Assembly: GCF_009914755.1 (NCBI RefSeq)
Contig: NC_060941.1
Source of the DNA: the human T2T-CHM13v2.0 reference genome, Homo sapiens
Length of the DNA: 64,000 nt
Reading direction: 5' to 3' (one strand)
A program made the translations under genes and the position numbers. Position 1 is the stretch's first letter. Every line of letters starts with the position of its first letter. Shown here piece by piece: positions 29,380 to 40,878 of the stretch. The notes beneath the pieces were generated by a model. That model made no database searches, had not been told where the DNA came from, and saw nothing but the letters and a program-made list of their open reading frames with translations.

Positions 29380-30210
29380 AAGATTCCAGGGAAAGGTCTA
29401 TTTAGGGGAATGTTTGGCCACTTTAATAAAAATAAAAGACAGATAATCTCATAAAATAACACTTTTATATGAAATTTCCACCATAGATTTTCAGCCCAAA
29501 GAAGCTGAGATGAGCTGCCCAGCGGTCTGCATTTTTCCCCATTTTTTTCTACACGAGGGTGGGTGAGGAAAGGGTGGCCACTGGAATTATTTGGAACAGT
29601 AACTGTCACAGGATTCTCTTTCCTTTCCTCTTCCTTTGCAGCCAACTTTTTTTTTTTTTCACTCCGGATTCTATCAACATCTAAAATCCCCAGTACCTCT
29701 GCTTTGTGACTTGGTATTCTGGAATTTTACCAACTGTTTGCCCCTCAACCATCGTGGAAGAATATCTTTATTTCTTGGAAGAGCGAAGAATGACGTACCG
29801 CTCATCCCTTTCCACATTTCTTCCACATTCATTTTCATTTTGTTCACATAAAAAATGAAGTCCAGTGCTTTGGTGGACAGACAGAAAGACAGACATCGGT
29901 GTTCAAAAATCAAGCCTGACCTTTTGAAATAAACCAGATCAGATCTTTGCACTGTGGAAAAACCATTTCCACAAAAGCAAGAGTGATTTTATGACGTCAT
30001 GACAAGACCAGCAGTCAAGCATTCCACCAAGGAAATTTTTTGTTGCTGTTGTTTCTAATAAAATGTTTTTATTTCCTGTTTTTGATTTTTTTTAAAGAAA
30101 ACATAATTTTCTCTTAAAATGAATGACTTTTTGTGTGTGAATCACTATTTGTGAACCAATGAAACACTAAAGCATGACAATGCAACTGAGGCTTTAACAC
30201 GTGTGTTCAC
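29380..30210. promoter_or_regulatory. Candidate signal-inducible enhancer (STAT/NFAT/CRE/E-box motif cluster)
   Basis: TTCCAGGGAA 29384, TTCTTGGAA 29772, TGTGGAAA-n5-TTTCCACA 29953-29973, ATGACGTCAT 29991-30000 and CACGTG 30198, in repeat-free DNA. Confidence 0.45.
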
Positions 30211-31127
30211 TGGAGAATATCTTAATATATGCTCCTATAATAGAGCAGGTTTGTTTTGCCTTAAAATTAGGTGGCAATGTATATCTAATGCTTAGGATAG
30301 AACATGGTGCCTAAATTTCTGTCAACCATATACAATCATGTGTTTGCTCTATGTTAATGTCGTGGGTACTGACATTCTCTCTAAAGTGAAACTTTTAATG
30401 TAATGTAAATTATTTCTTTGTCTCATAACCTCAGTAGAGTGAAATCCTAAATTCAGTGGGTTATTTAAATATTTTCTTAAACTCATTAAAATAAACACCT
30501 ATTATAATCAAAAAGGCATATCTATGCCTTTTTGGAAACACTTGGTTAACACATGATGGGAGAAGTGAGGTTTTCTCTGTGAGTCTCCATTCTGATTTAG
30601 GCTCTCACGCCATTTTCCTTAGTACTAGGTACTCCCAAGCCTTTATTCATTTGAACACTTTTGACAACGTGTCTTAAAAATTATCGTCAGTGTTTTTCTT
30701 CCTAAGTGATTAAAGAGATGCCTTAACTGGCAAGAACGGATGTCCCACTGTTTTTTGACTATCTAGGCAGCTCTTTGTTTTTTGTTCTAATAGTCAAAGC
30801 AGAAAAAAAAAAAATCCTTAAATATATCATGCTACTATTTATTTTAAAGAGAAGTGCTGTTTGAGGGAACGATACTTGTTTACATCAGATGGAAATCGTA
30901 TTAGTACAGGCACATTTCTAAATTCAAATTCTAAATACACCTTTGTCCAAGGGGTACGAAGGCCTTGTCATGAAAGCTGAGTTGGAACTGGACGGTCGCA
31001 CAGCATTGCTTTTGTCTGACTTCCATTCTAATCTGTTGACTTTTAAAATTGAATGAGAAACATTGTTTCCTGATAAGAAGAGAGAACATAAAAGGCTGGG
31101 AACACAATAAGGGATAGCATTACTCAC

Positions 31128-31224
31128 CTTGGAGAACAGGACTTCCAGGTGCTCTTGTCATTACTGTTGTCATCGGTGAAGAGTTCAACTGATAGATAGC
31201 TCCGATTCCTGAAACTCCTATCAG
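31128..31224 (-). other. Candidate spliced exon (probably non-coding)
   Basis: Long pyrimidine tract on the minus strand (31235-31320), cctcag acceptor and consensus donor AAG|GTGAGT at 31128/31127. Confidence 0.4.
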
Positions 31225-32119
31225 CTGAGGCTCAGGGAAAGAAAGATTTAAAGATGAGAGAATAAGTAAATCAGAGAAAGGAAAAAAAATAGAAAGGAAA
31301 ATAAAAATTGAAAGAATGCAATGAATAAGGAAAGTCTTAAAGTACAGAATTGCAAGGTACTCTTTAAAAAGATGATACCAATCCAACCCAAAGCAGTGGA
31401 TAATTTTGGTTCTGTTTCTAAAATCCTTAGGCTAAAAGTGATTCTTGGTGATGATAATACAAATCTCTCAGGGCCATTGCTCTAAAGAATATAGTCCTTC
31501 AGCATTTCATTAAACTCACCAATACTGTTGTGGATGATATTGGGGAAAATAAAATGGAAGCTTGAATTAGAAAGACAGGCCTTGGATAAGTATGCAAAAC
31601 AGGTGGTGTGTATCCTCCGACCCAGGCTATCAAACTCTGAAGAGCTGCTATTGATGGATTCTCTTTTGGTCTGTCCTTCCTTTTTCCACTACTCCCCTAC
31701 AACTTTGGAGCCTTTAGCTACATTCCGCAAGTCTGAGTCTCGTCGCTGCCATCCTTGTTTATGTCAGAAATAGTCGTTTTTATGAGATCTTCTCTGTCCA
31801 ATAGCACATATGTTCAGATTGTATGCCAGTCACTCTGTGCTTCCAAGTTACCAACTATTTGTAGATAATATATCTTATTCATAGTAGAGATGCTTCTTCG
31901 TTTAATTTTAGTATTTTGGATGTCATATTTTAATCATGGAGGTATAAAATTTTAAGATAAAAGGAATGCTTGGTTTTTTAAGATAAAGGGAATGCTTAGA
32001 TTCAAAGTGAATGCTCAGATTTTAAGGTAAAAATCTCCTCGTTTCACCAGTCACTTCAGCCATTTAGGAAGCTGGTTACAGACAAGAATGAGAGTCAAGC
32101 AGTTCAAAGTATAATTTTT

Positions 32120-32350
32120 ACAGTCAGTGTTCAAGGGTTGAAGCTCTGCTTCACAATTTACTGGCCAAGACTTCAGTTAAGTTACTTACTTCATCTGTAA
32201 ATTGGAAATAACTATTGTAGTTGTTTCCTAGGATGCCTGTGAGCATGTAATTGATAACGATAAAATACCTGGCAGATTTTCTAGCATGCCTGAACCACTC
32301 ACTCTGGCATGTAGTAAGCTAGTATCATTTTGCTGGTATTATCGTTATTA
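32120..32350 (+). mobile_element. MIR
   Basis: ctctgcttcacaatttactggcc...aagttacttacttcatctgtaaattggaaataa. Confidence 0.6.
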
Positions 32351-32429
32351 TTACACTACTGATGGAAGGAATGGTGCTGAGTGGCTGAGTGACCAATTTA
32401 TCTGGGGGTGGCAATGAGGAAGACCAAAC

Positions 32430-32885
32430 CAGGTATACTAGGCAGAGTTCTGGCAGGGAACAGATGACACAATTAATTAACTCAAAGAGCTAGTTGAAGA
32501 GAGTTCAATAAAAGAAATATTTGCTGATGTAAGGGTAGGTTCAACAGAATCATGAGGGGATGGCAGAGTGCCCAGAAACTCGCCAATAGTAGGAAGCTCA
32601 GCCAGAAACTTCCTAAGCCTGCAGATAAGAGGGGAGAAAGTTGTGTTACTCAAATCTTATGACAGTTATAGACGATGGAGAAGGGTTATCCTGCAAAAGC
32701 TACGGTTAAAGACAGACAACCCAGCCAAAAAGTGGAAGGGGATATATGACTACTATTTATTCTGCCTGGTAACTCTCACTGGGTGATCTCAGCAAAAACC
32801 AATGAAAAAGACCCTAGGTTGTGCGGTCCTTAGAATTAAGCTCCCTAGGCAGAAAGCAGGCAGAGAGTGAATTGGGAGGGATAAG
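32430..32885. mobile_element. Ancient ERVL-class LTR fragment (family uncertain)
   Basis: ggcagggaacagatgacac...gaagagagttcaataaaagaaatattt resembles old ERVL LTRs. Confidence 0.4.
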
Positions 32886-34882
32886 GAGTGAATAATAATG
32901 GTGGACAAGCACACCAGAATTTCAATTTATTTTTCATAAACTACAGTTCTTGCTAGTATTGTAAAGTCAGAATTTAACATTTTAAAATTCAAATAATCCC
33001 TAAAACTGCTGTAAGGGGCCCCAGAGTTTTACAAATTGAAACTTGGATCTTTGAGTTTTAACTATGTTAGAGGACTGATATGGATTGGAGTTGGATATTT
33101 GACTCTGTACTGTATTTTATGACTTATGTGCTTTGTGAGAATAGCCTTTAAAATTTATGTTTTGCTTTTGAACAGTAAAAAGTCCATTTTTCCATCAAAC
33201 AGGCCATCACTAATTTAGATATAGTTCTTAACAGAGAATTCTGATTTAATTATCAATTTTAGAGTTTATATCAATAAAGTGAAAACCGAGTAATTTACAG
33301 AAATCTAATTTACTTCTTAGACATGTACATGTTTTCGAATGAAGGTTATTGTAGAAGAATCCACTATTATGATTTAGCAAAACTGAGAGCTTTATTTGAA
33401 AAGTAATAATTATTATTATTATAATTTTAAAATAAATGTGCCCTATTTAAAAATCATCCTATTAATTATACTACTGTGAATATTTTACAGGTATTTTCAG
33501 TCCCAGCTTGGCTGCATGAACTTTCATGCTGAGGTCTAGTGTTAGCATTAACGTTAGATAAATGCTGAGTAGTATTTAGTATTTGCATTTTAAATAGTCT
33601 TTTTCTGAATCCTAAGATGTTCCAAACTGCCTTTTAAGAATTAGCTAGTATATTATGATGCTGAACAATTCCGTTAGAAGCTATCAAGGGTCTAGAAGAT
33701 TTGTTTCTCCTAAAACTAAACTTGAAATTTCTTGGAGTAAAATACCGTAGTCAAAGGTAAATGGCTAGAAGCCTTCTTTGGCTGGTACAGGCCATTGAAC
33801 AGAGTACCTTAAAAACAACTAATTTATACCTCAATAGACATTAAGTTGGATACAAAGTGAAAATATAATTCATAAGTATAAAACAAATGAATATTTGCTG
33901 TATATTAGAAGTAATATACTGCAACCTGCAGAAAATAAAAATATTAGGCCAGGTAAAATTAAACTCATGTTTGAAATATTCCAAATGGCATGACTAATGT
34001 CAACATCCAAAAATCTCATTCATTCAACACACTCTTACCAAACCACGGCCCATTAAAAAGCAAAAAATAAACAGTTCAAAGAGACAATCAGGAAGCACTT
34101 GACATCATGATTCGACCACAATAAAATATTTATGATTTTTTCTCTCATTCAGGAAACGATTTGATACCATCATGGAGTGAATAGAGTTGGAAGCAAGGAA
34201 AGAGTATTGACGTCAATGCTTATCATATTAGTGAAATAAATATGGAGAGGATAGTTAGAGAATCTTGTGATAATGAAACAAGTGCACATTTATTTTGAAC
34301 TAACACACCAGGAAAATTTGAGAGTTTTATTTGACAGTTGAAACGTAAAAAAAAAAAAAAAAATTCTTACTTCATATTAGGAAATCAAGGTATTAGCTCT
34401 GTTTTTTTTAGAAAAATAATCTTAAGTATTATTGCCTAATTTTAAAACATTTATAAATTCTCTCATAATCCTCCCTATCTTGGAAACATCATGGATGTCA
34501 GTGTATTAGTATTAGATCTTCTATTTCATTTACCCAAAAAAATAGGGGGTATTATTGTAATGGAGGCCAACAGAACTATAAATATTATCAAAAAGAATAG
34601 CAGAGAGATGCTAGGGGTCAAAGAAAACTTTACTTCTCTCTAATTTTGCTCTGGCAAAGAAGAAATATTAAATTAGTTAACATTTTAAAATATAAGAAAA
34701 GGAATTCAGCAGTATGTAACTCTAGGAAGATAACATGATGATCAGTGTCAAGATTACCTCAGTTAATTCAAGTCACTGTATCAATTCTTATGACGTGTCT
34801 CTTCCTGAGGAATTGCAGTTATCTCAGTACTGCAGCTGTCAGGAGCACACACTGTTTTTACTCTCTGGTTTCTTGCTTTCAG

Positions 34883-34897
34883 GAACTGGATGAAAAG
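34883..34897 (+). other. Candidate 15-nt microexon (ELDEK)
   Basis: ttttactctctggtttcttgctttcag|GAACTGGATGAAAAG|gtaact; TGC at -9..-7. Confidence 0.3.
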
Positions 34898-35336
34898 GTA
34901 ACTACTCCAAAAGAGTTAAGGACCGGAAAGCCATCTTTCTTGTTGACCTTTCATATCTGTGTGCAACATGTACTTTAAGTGATAGCGAATATTTGAGAAA
35001 TCATGATGGATCCCAAATCTTGTGAATTTCCAAGGATGTAATGAAAGAGGAAATATTTTCCAAGACTGAAGGTCTTTCTCTATTCCTTGGCTGGTAGGTA
35101 CAAAAAAATACGTTATAGGAAGCAAGAGAAATGCCTGCTTTTGATGTCTGAATCCCACCATTTGAAATGCATTCCTCTGGATTATTAAGATAATAGGTGA
35201 GTTTTTGAGATTTTTTTTTTCCTCAATGGATCTGTCATTAGGGAAAAGTTTTCCACAGAAACAGATATACTTGATAGGAAGGAAAATACAGAAAGACATA
35301 ATCCATAATCAGCAAGACTAGCACAAAACACACAGT

Positions 35337-36126
35337 TGAGGTAGGAGGTGGGGACTCGACTCTTGACCAGATTGAAGAATAGCTGAAACAAGGAAGAGGT
35401 GAAAGCATCTCTCCAGGAGACACATCCACCAGTGCCATCTCAGTTTTCCATTGTCATGGCAACACCCAGAGTTTACCACCCCTTTCCAAGCCAATGACCT
35501 GAAAAATACAAGCTTTTTCCTAGAAAAGTCTGAACAACCTGCCCCTTAATTTGCATGTAATTAAAAGTGAGCATAAATTTGACTGCAGAACTGCCCTTGA
35601 GCTGCTTCCCTGGGCACATGGGCTATGGTGTAGGCCCGCTCTGCTAGGAGCAGGACCTCTGCTGCTGCTGCGCACTGCTACTTCAATAAAAGTTGCTGTC
35701 TAGGCTGGGTGCGGTGGTGGCTCATGCTTGTAATCACCGCACTTTGGAAGGCCGAGGCAGGCGGATCACCTGAGGTCGGGAGTTTGAGACGAGCCTGACC
35801 AACATGGAGAAACCCCATCTTTACTAAAAAAATACAAAAAAATTTAGCCAGGCATGGTGGCACATGCCTGTAATCCCAACTACTTAGGAGGCTGAGGCAA
35901 GAGAATCATCACCTGAACCCAGGAGGCGGAGGTTGCAGTGAGTCACGATCATACCATTGCACTCCAGCCTGGACAACAAGAGCGAAACTCCGTCTCAAAA
36001 AAAAAAAAAAAAAAAAAAAAAAGTTGCTGTCTAACACCACTGGATTGCCCTTGAATTCCTTCCTGGGCAGAGGCAAAATCCCTCCCATGCCGAGTCTCAA
36101 TTTGGGGGTTCACTTGCCCTACATCA
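35337..36126 (+). mobile_element. LTR47-like solo LTR, interrupted by AluSp
   Basis: tgaggtaggaggtggggactcgactc...ccattgtcatggcaacaccc...aataaaagttgctgtctaacaccac...catca. Confidence 0.7.
35703..36018 (+). mobile_element. AluSp
   Basis: gaggtcgggag, cctgaccaacatggagaaaccc, aacaagagcgaaactcc; TSD aaaagttgctgtcta. Confidence 0.93.
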
Positions 36127-36811
36127 CCATCAGAGGGGCTCTGGTCAGGAAAAATGGCAAGCCGAGAACGTCAATAAAAAGGAGAGAAAAGGAAGATATT
36201 GCCAAGTTAATGACTCCATGATAAAATCTTAAGGCCAAGTGAAATTGTAAAAGGGTTTGCTGGAAGAAAAGATTTCAGAACATGAATTATATTAGCATGA
36301 GTCCTATCTATTGGTTGAATTAAAAGCAAGCAAGCAAGCAGTAAGTTTCTGGGAAGATGGTTGCAGCAGTGACACAGGTTTTGAATCCCTTTATAAAAAT
36401 AGGTAGAACAGTAAGAGTAGGAAAACCAAAAAATCAATGATAAAATGATATCTGAGCAAAGACATAAAGATGAAGGGGTTACATAAAGATAAAGATGAAT
36501 ACTGGAGTAAAGAGTAATCCAGGCAGAGTGAAACAACACTTGCAGGAGGCCTGATGCCTGGAGAGAGTTTTGTGTGTCCCAGACCTTGAGGAATAGTGCA
36601 GCTAATGCAGAGGAAGTGAGGTTGGGAGGCAGGGGATGAGGTCATTTGTAGTAGGGAGGCCAACTCCTCCCTGGACTTTGCCTTGTATTCTGCATGCAGC
36701 GGGAAGCCATAGGGAAGTTTTGAACAAAAGACTAGTAAACTGTGCTTGACAATGATTCCTCTAGCTGTTGTAATATGATATATTTATATAAACGTAGAAA
36801 AAGGGTGAGAT

Positions 36812-37159
<348 letters not shown>

Positions 37160-37484
37160 TCAGGGGACAGAAAAAAGAAAATGTATGTTTTAGTTTTTAT
37201 TTTTTCCCTTTTTTCCTGCAACTCTTGACTTATTTTACTTTTTTCAGTGAGAATGCATTACTATCCTAATAAGTACAGTGCAATGTATATGTCTTTTAAC
37301 TTCCTGGGTTCCAGCTCACATGTGTTACATAAACCCTCCCCAGCTACCCTTTTAAGTAGTCACTTGGAAACTCTTTTGTGTTCTCACTTTACCTGGGTCA
37401 GGCTTCTTATTCTTGGATGGTGTCTGTTATTAAACAGGGTTTTCTCTTTCTAATCTAAATTCTCTTTTCCAGTAATTTCTCTCT

Positions 37485-37790
37485 CCTGGACACAGTGGCT
37501 CAAACCTATTATAGCCCTTTGGGAGGTCAAGATGGGAGGACTGGTTGAGTCCAGGAGTTCGAGATAAGCCTGGGCAACATGGCAAGATCTTGTCTCTACA
37601 AAATATAAAAAATAAGCTGGGCGTGGTGGTGTGTGCCGGTAGTCCCAGCTACTTAGGAGGATCACTTGAGTTTTGGAAGTTGAGACTGCAATGAGCTATA
37701 TTTATGCCACTGCACTCCAGCCTGGGCAATAGAATGAAACCCTGTCTCAAAAAGAAAAAAAAACAAAAAACAAAAACAACAACAACAAAA
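37485..37790 (+). mobile_element. AluJ
   Basis: Diverged dimer with gagtccaggagttcgag and (CAA)n tail. Confidence 0.9.
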
Positions 37791-39990
37791 AACACTTCTC
37801 TACAACTTATTCAGTTGTAATTATTAGGAAATACAGAAAACGAGCTTAATAATTTTCCTATAGGACATCTCATCAACTTGCTGTAGGGAAGTGCTAAAAA
37901 ATGAAGAAGCCTAAAGATAATTTACAAATTTCACAACTTCACTAAAGGCTGACGCTGCATATCAGGCAGGGGTAAAGAGTGGCAGTAAGAGGAAGAAAGA
38001 AGCAATGAAGGAAGTACAGTGGGAACATGTACTTAACTTGGATATAAAAAGAAATTTGACATGTTAGGCAATCTTAAAAAATCACAGGTGATTGACACCG
38101 GAAGGTTATTGAGAAATGCAAGGTCCCAGTCTACCACTAATGGCAGCACCCATGAAGGACAATTGAGAAATTCAGTCTGGAGAGGGCTTAACGCCCTCTT
38201 ACTGGTTTCAAAATGGTCTGCTTCTGTAACAAGAATTATTTTTAGAAATGTTATCTCATATTTTCCATTCTTTTATTATTTCTGTTCCTTCTAATTTTAC
38301 ACCTGACTGCTCTGAGTGGGTGTGTTTGTAGGAGGGGGTGGAAGATTAAAGAAGGAAATGCTAGTTTCAAAACACAAAGGACTAAAAATCTCTTAGACTC
38401 AAGTATTAGAAGCTAGCAATCTCTCTTTCCACTAAAACATTCTGCTACCATTAAGTGAACTGATGGGACTCTTACCACAAAAGGAAAACACTTAATAAAT
38501 TGCAAACTATTACAGAAATTTTTTAATAAAGAGCTATAGCTTTTAAAAATAAATAACGGTTTATTGATAGTGCTTGCTGAGAACCTAGAAGGCATGGAAG
38601 ATGGAGAAAAGAGGAGAATACCTTTTCTTTCCTTTTTCTCTTCTTCTCATAAATGTCAAGTGTGCCTCTCACTAAAGCAATAGTATCTCATCATCCTAAG
38701 AAATGCTTGTTATAATTTAAAACCTGACTAAGAAAACATTTATATTTTAGCTTATGTTACAAACAGGACTGGGAGTGTATAGAATAAAGAAATGCTTTTC
38801 TGTCCTTCAGAACTATCTCATGGAAAAACACGCAAATACAAAACCTATATTAAAATATGAACGGAACTAACAAGAAAATCACAAATGTTGATGGAAGGCA
38901 GAGTGATCAGAACAATGTCAGTGTGACTGAGATAGATACCGTAGGTAGGGAAAGTCTGTCAAAATTTAAAATAAATGCATTACTCAAGAATGATGAATTT
39001 TTGGCTTCTCCTAAAGTCACTTTTTTTCCTCAAGTAGAACTGAAACCCAGGAAAAATATCACAATTAAAAAGTCTCATAAGTTTTCTTAAGCAAAAATAA
39101 TAACCACAACTACTACCTTAAAGTTTGTTAAGCTCTTTCTAATTTCCAGAAACAATGCTGAGTCTTTGATCTGCTTTTAGTGAATTGATTCGCTCAAAAA
39201 AACAATATAAAACAAGAACTGCTTGCCTCTACCTCCAAGTTTTACAAACGGCAATCTTCCAACTGGCTGTGTACATTCCTGTAGGTTTCTAACATGAGCT
39301 GTAGGGGTATGAGAAGAAAATAGGAAAGAGGTTCATTTCAATTTTTCTTTATTTCTTTCATTAAATTTTTGTGTATATGAGATATAATATGCATAACATA
39401 ATAAGTGTATATAGTATGTAAATATAAGAATTTACATTCTTATATATTCTGTTGTGCTTGAAGTATGTAGTGGTAGGAATGTGCAATCCAAGAAGTTTTA
39501 AGAAGAACGTTTCAGCTATTAAGACATCTAGCTTCTGTAATTCAGACCACCTCCAAAGTTCCATATACAGATATCTTTCAAAAATTCACCATGTCTATTT
39601 TTTATTTTACACACATTTTTGTCAATTTTATTTAGTCAAATAAAAATTTCCTTATAAAATTGTATTTCCACTTCAATTTTAGAAAAATAATTAGTAACTC
39701 TGCTATTGTAGCTACTCAAATACTTGTAGATTTGTTCTAAATTGCGAGGGGAAAAAGGGACTACTGGAGGCAAAATGATGTTAGCAAGAAGTTTGAACTG
39801 ATATGGATGAAAATATTTTTAAAAAACTTACAGAAACCAAATATTAAATCTTTAAAATATTCTATTTGGGGCCAATTAATATGTATCTCACTTTATTGCA
39901 GCACAATATATCAGGCAATAAACAAAATCAGGATCTTTCATAATGAAATGTCCCCTTTCTGCTCAGTATTTTCTGTTTAATAAAATAGTA

Positions 39991-40302
<312 letters not shown>

Positions 40303-40384
40303 TAATAATCTGAATAATGTATATAAAAGGATATCAATCACAATCACTAAGTGTATTAATTACAAGGCACAATAACAATTATAT

Positions 40385-40878
40385 TGTATTCATTTTCTAT
40401 TATCACTGTAACAAATTACTACAACTTTAGGGGTTGAAAACAACGCAAGTTCATTGTCTTACAGTTCTGGAGGTCAGAAGTCTTATTAAGTGGGTCTTAC
40501 GGACTAACATCAAGATATCTGCAGAGCTGCGTGTCTTCTGGAGGCTAAATGGGAGAATCTGTTGTCTTAACTCTTCCAAATTCTGGAGATCACATGCATT
40601 CTCTGGTTTGTGATCCCTTTCTCCATTTGCAAAACACAACACTTCAATCTCTACTTCTGTCATGACATCATTCCTTTTTATTCTGAATTACTGCCTACCG
40701 CTTATAAAGACTCATGATTAATTGGGACCAGTTGGATAATCCAGGATAATTTCCCCATCGCAAAATCCTAGTTTAATCCCTTTTGCAAAGCCCGTTTTAT
40801 AATGTAATGTGATGTATTCACAGGTTTCAGGGAAAAGGACATGACATCTTTGGGAATCATTATTCAGCCTGCTCCACA
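40385..40878 (-). mobile_element. MLT1D LTR
   Basis: Reverse complement begins tgtggagcaggctgaataatgattcccaaagatgtc...attatcctggattatcc; ~495 bp. Confidence 0.85.

Noticed and set aside
37190-37250. Strong plus-strand acceptor-like tracts (also at 889, 12527 and 34152)
   Set aside because: No convincing paired donor or coding frame; such tracts are common in T-rich DNA.
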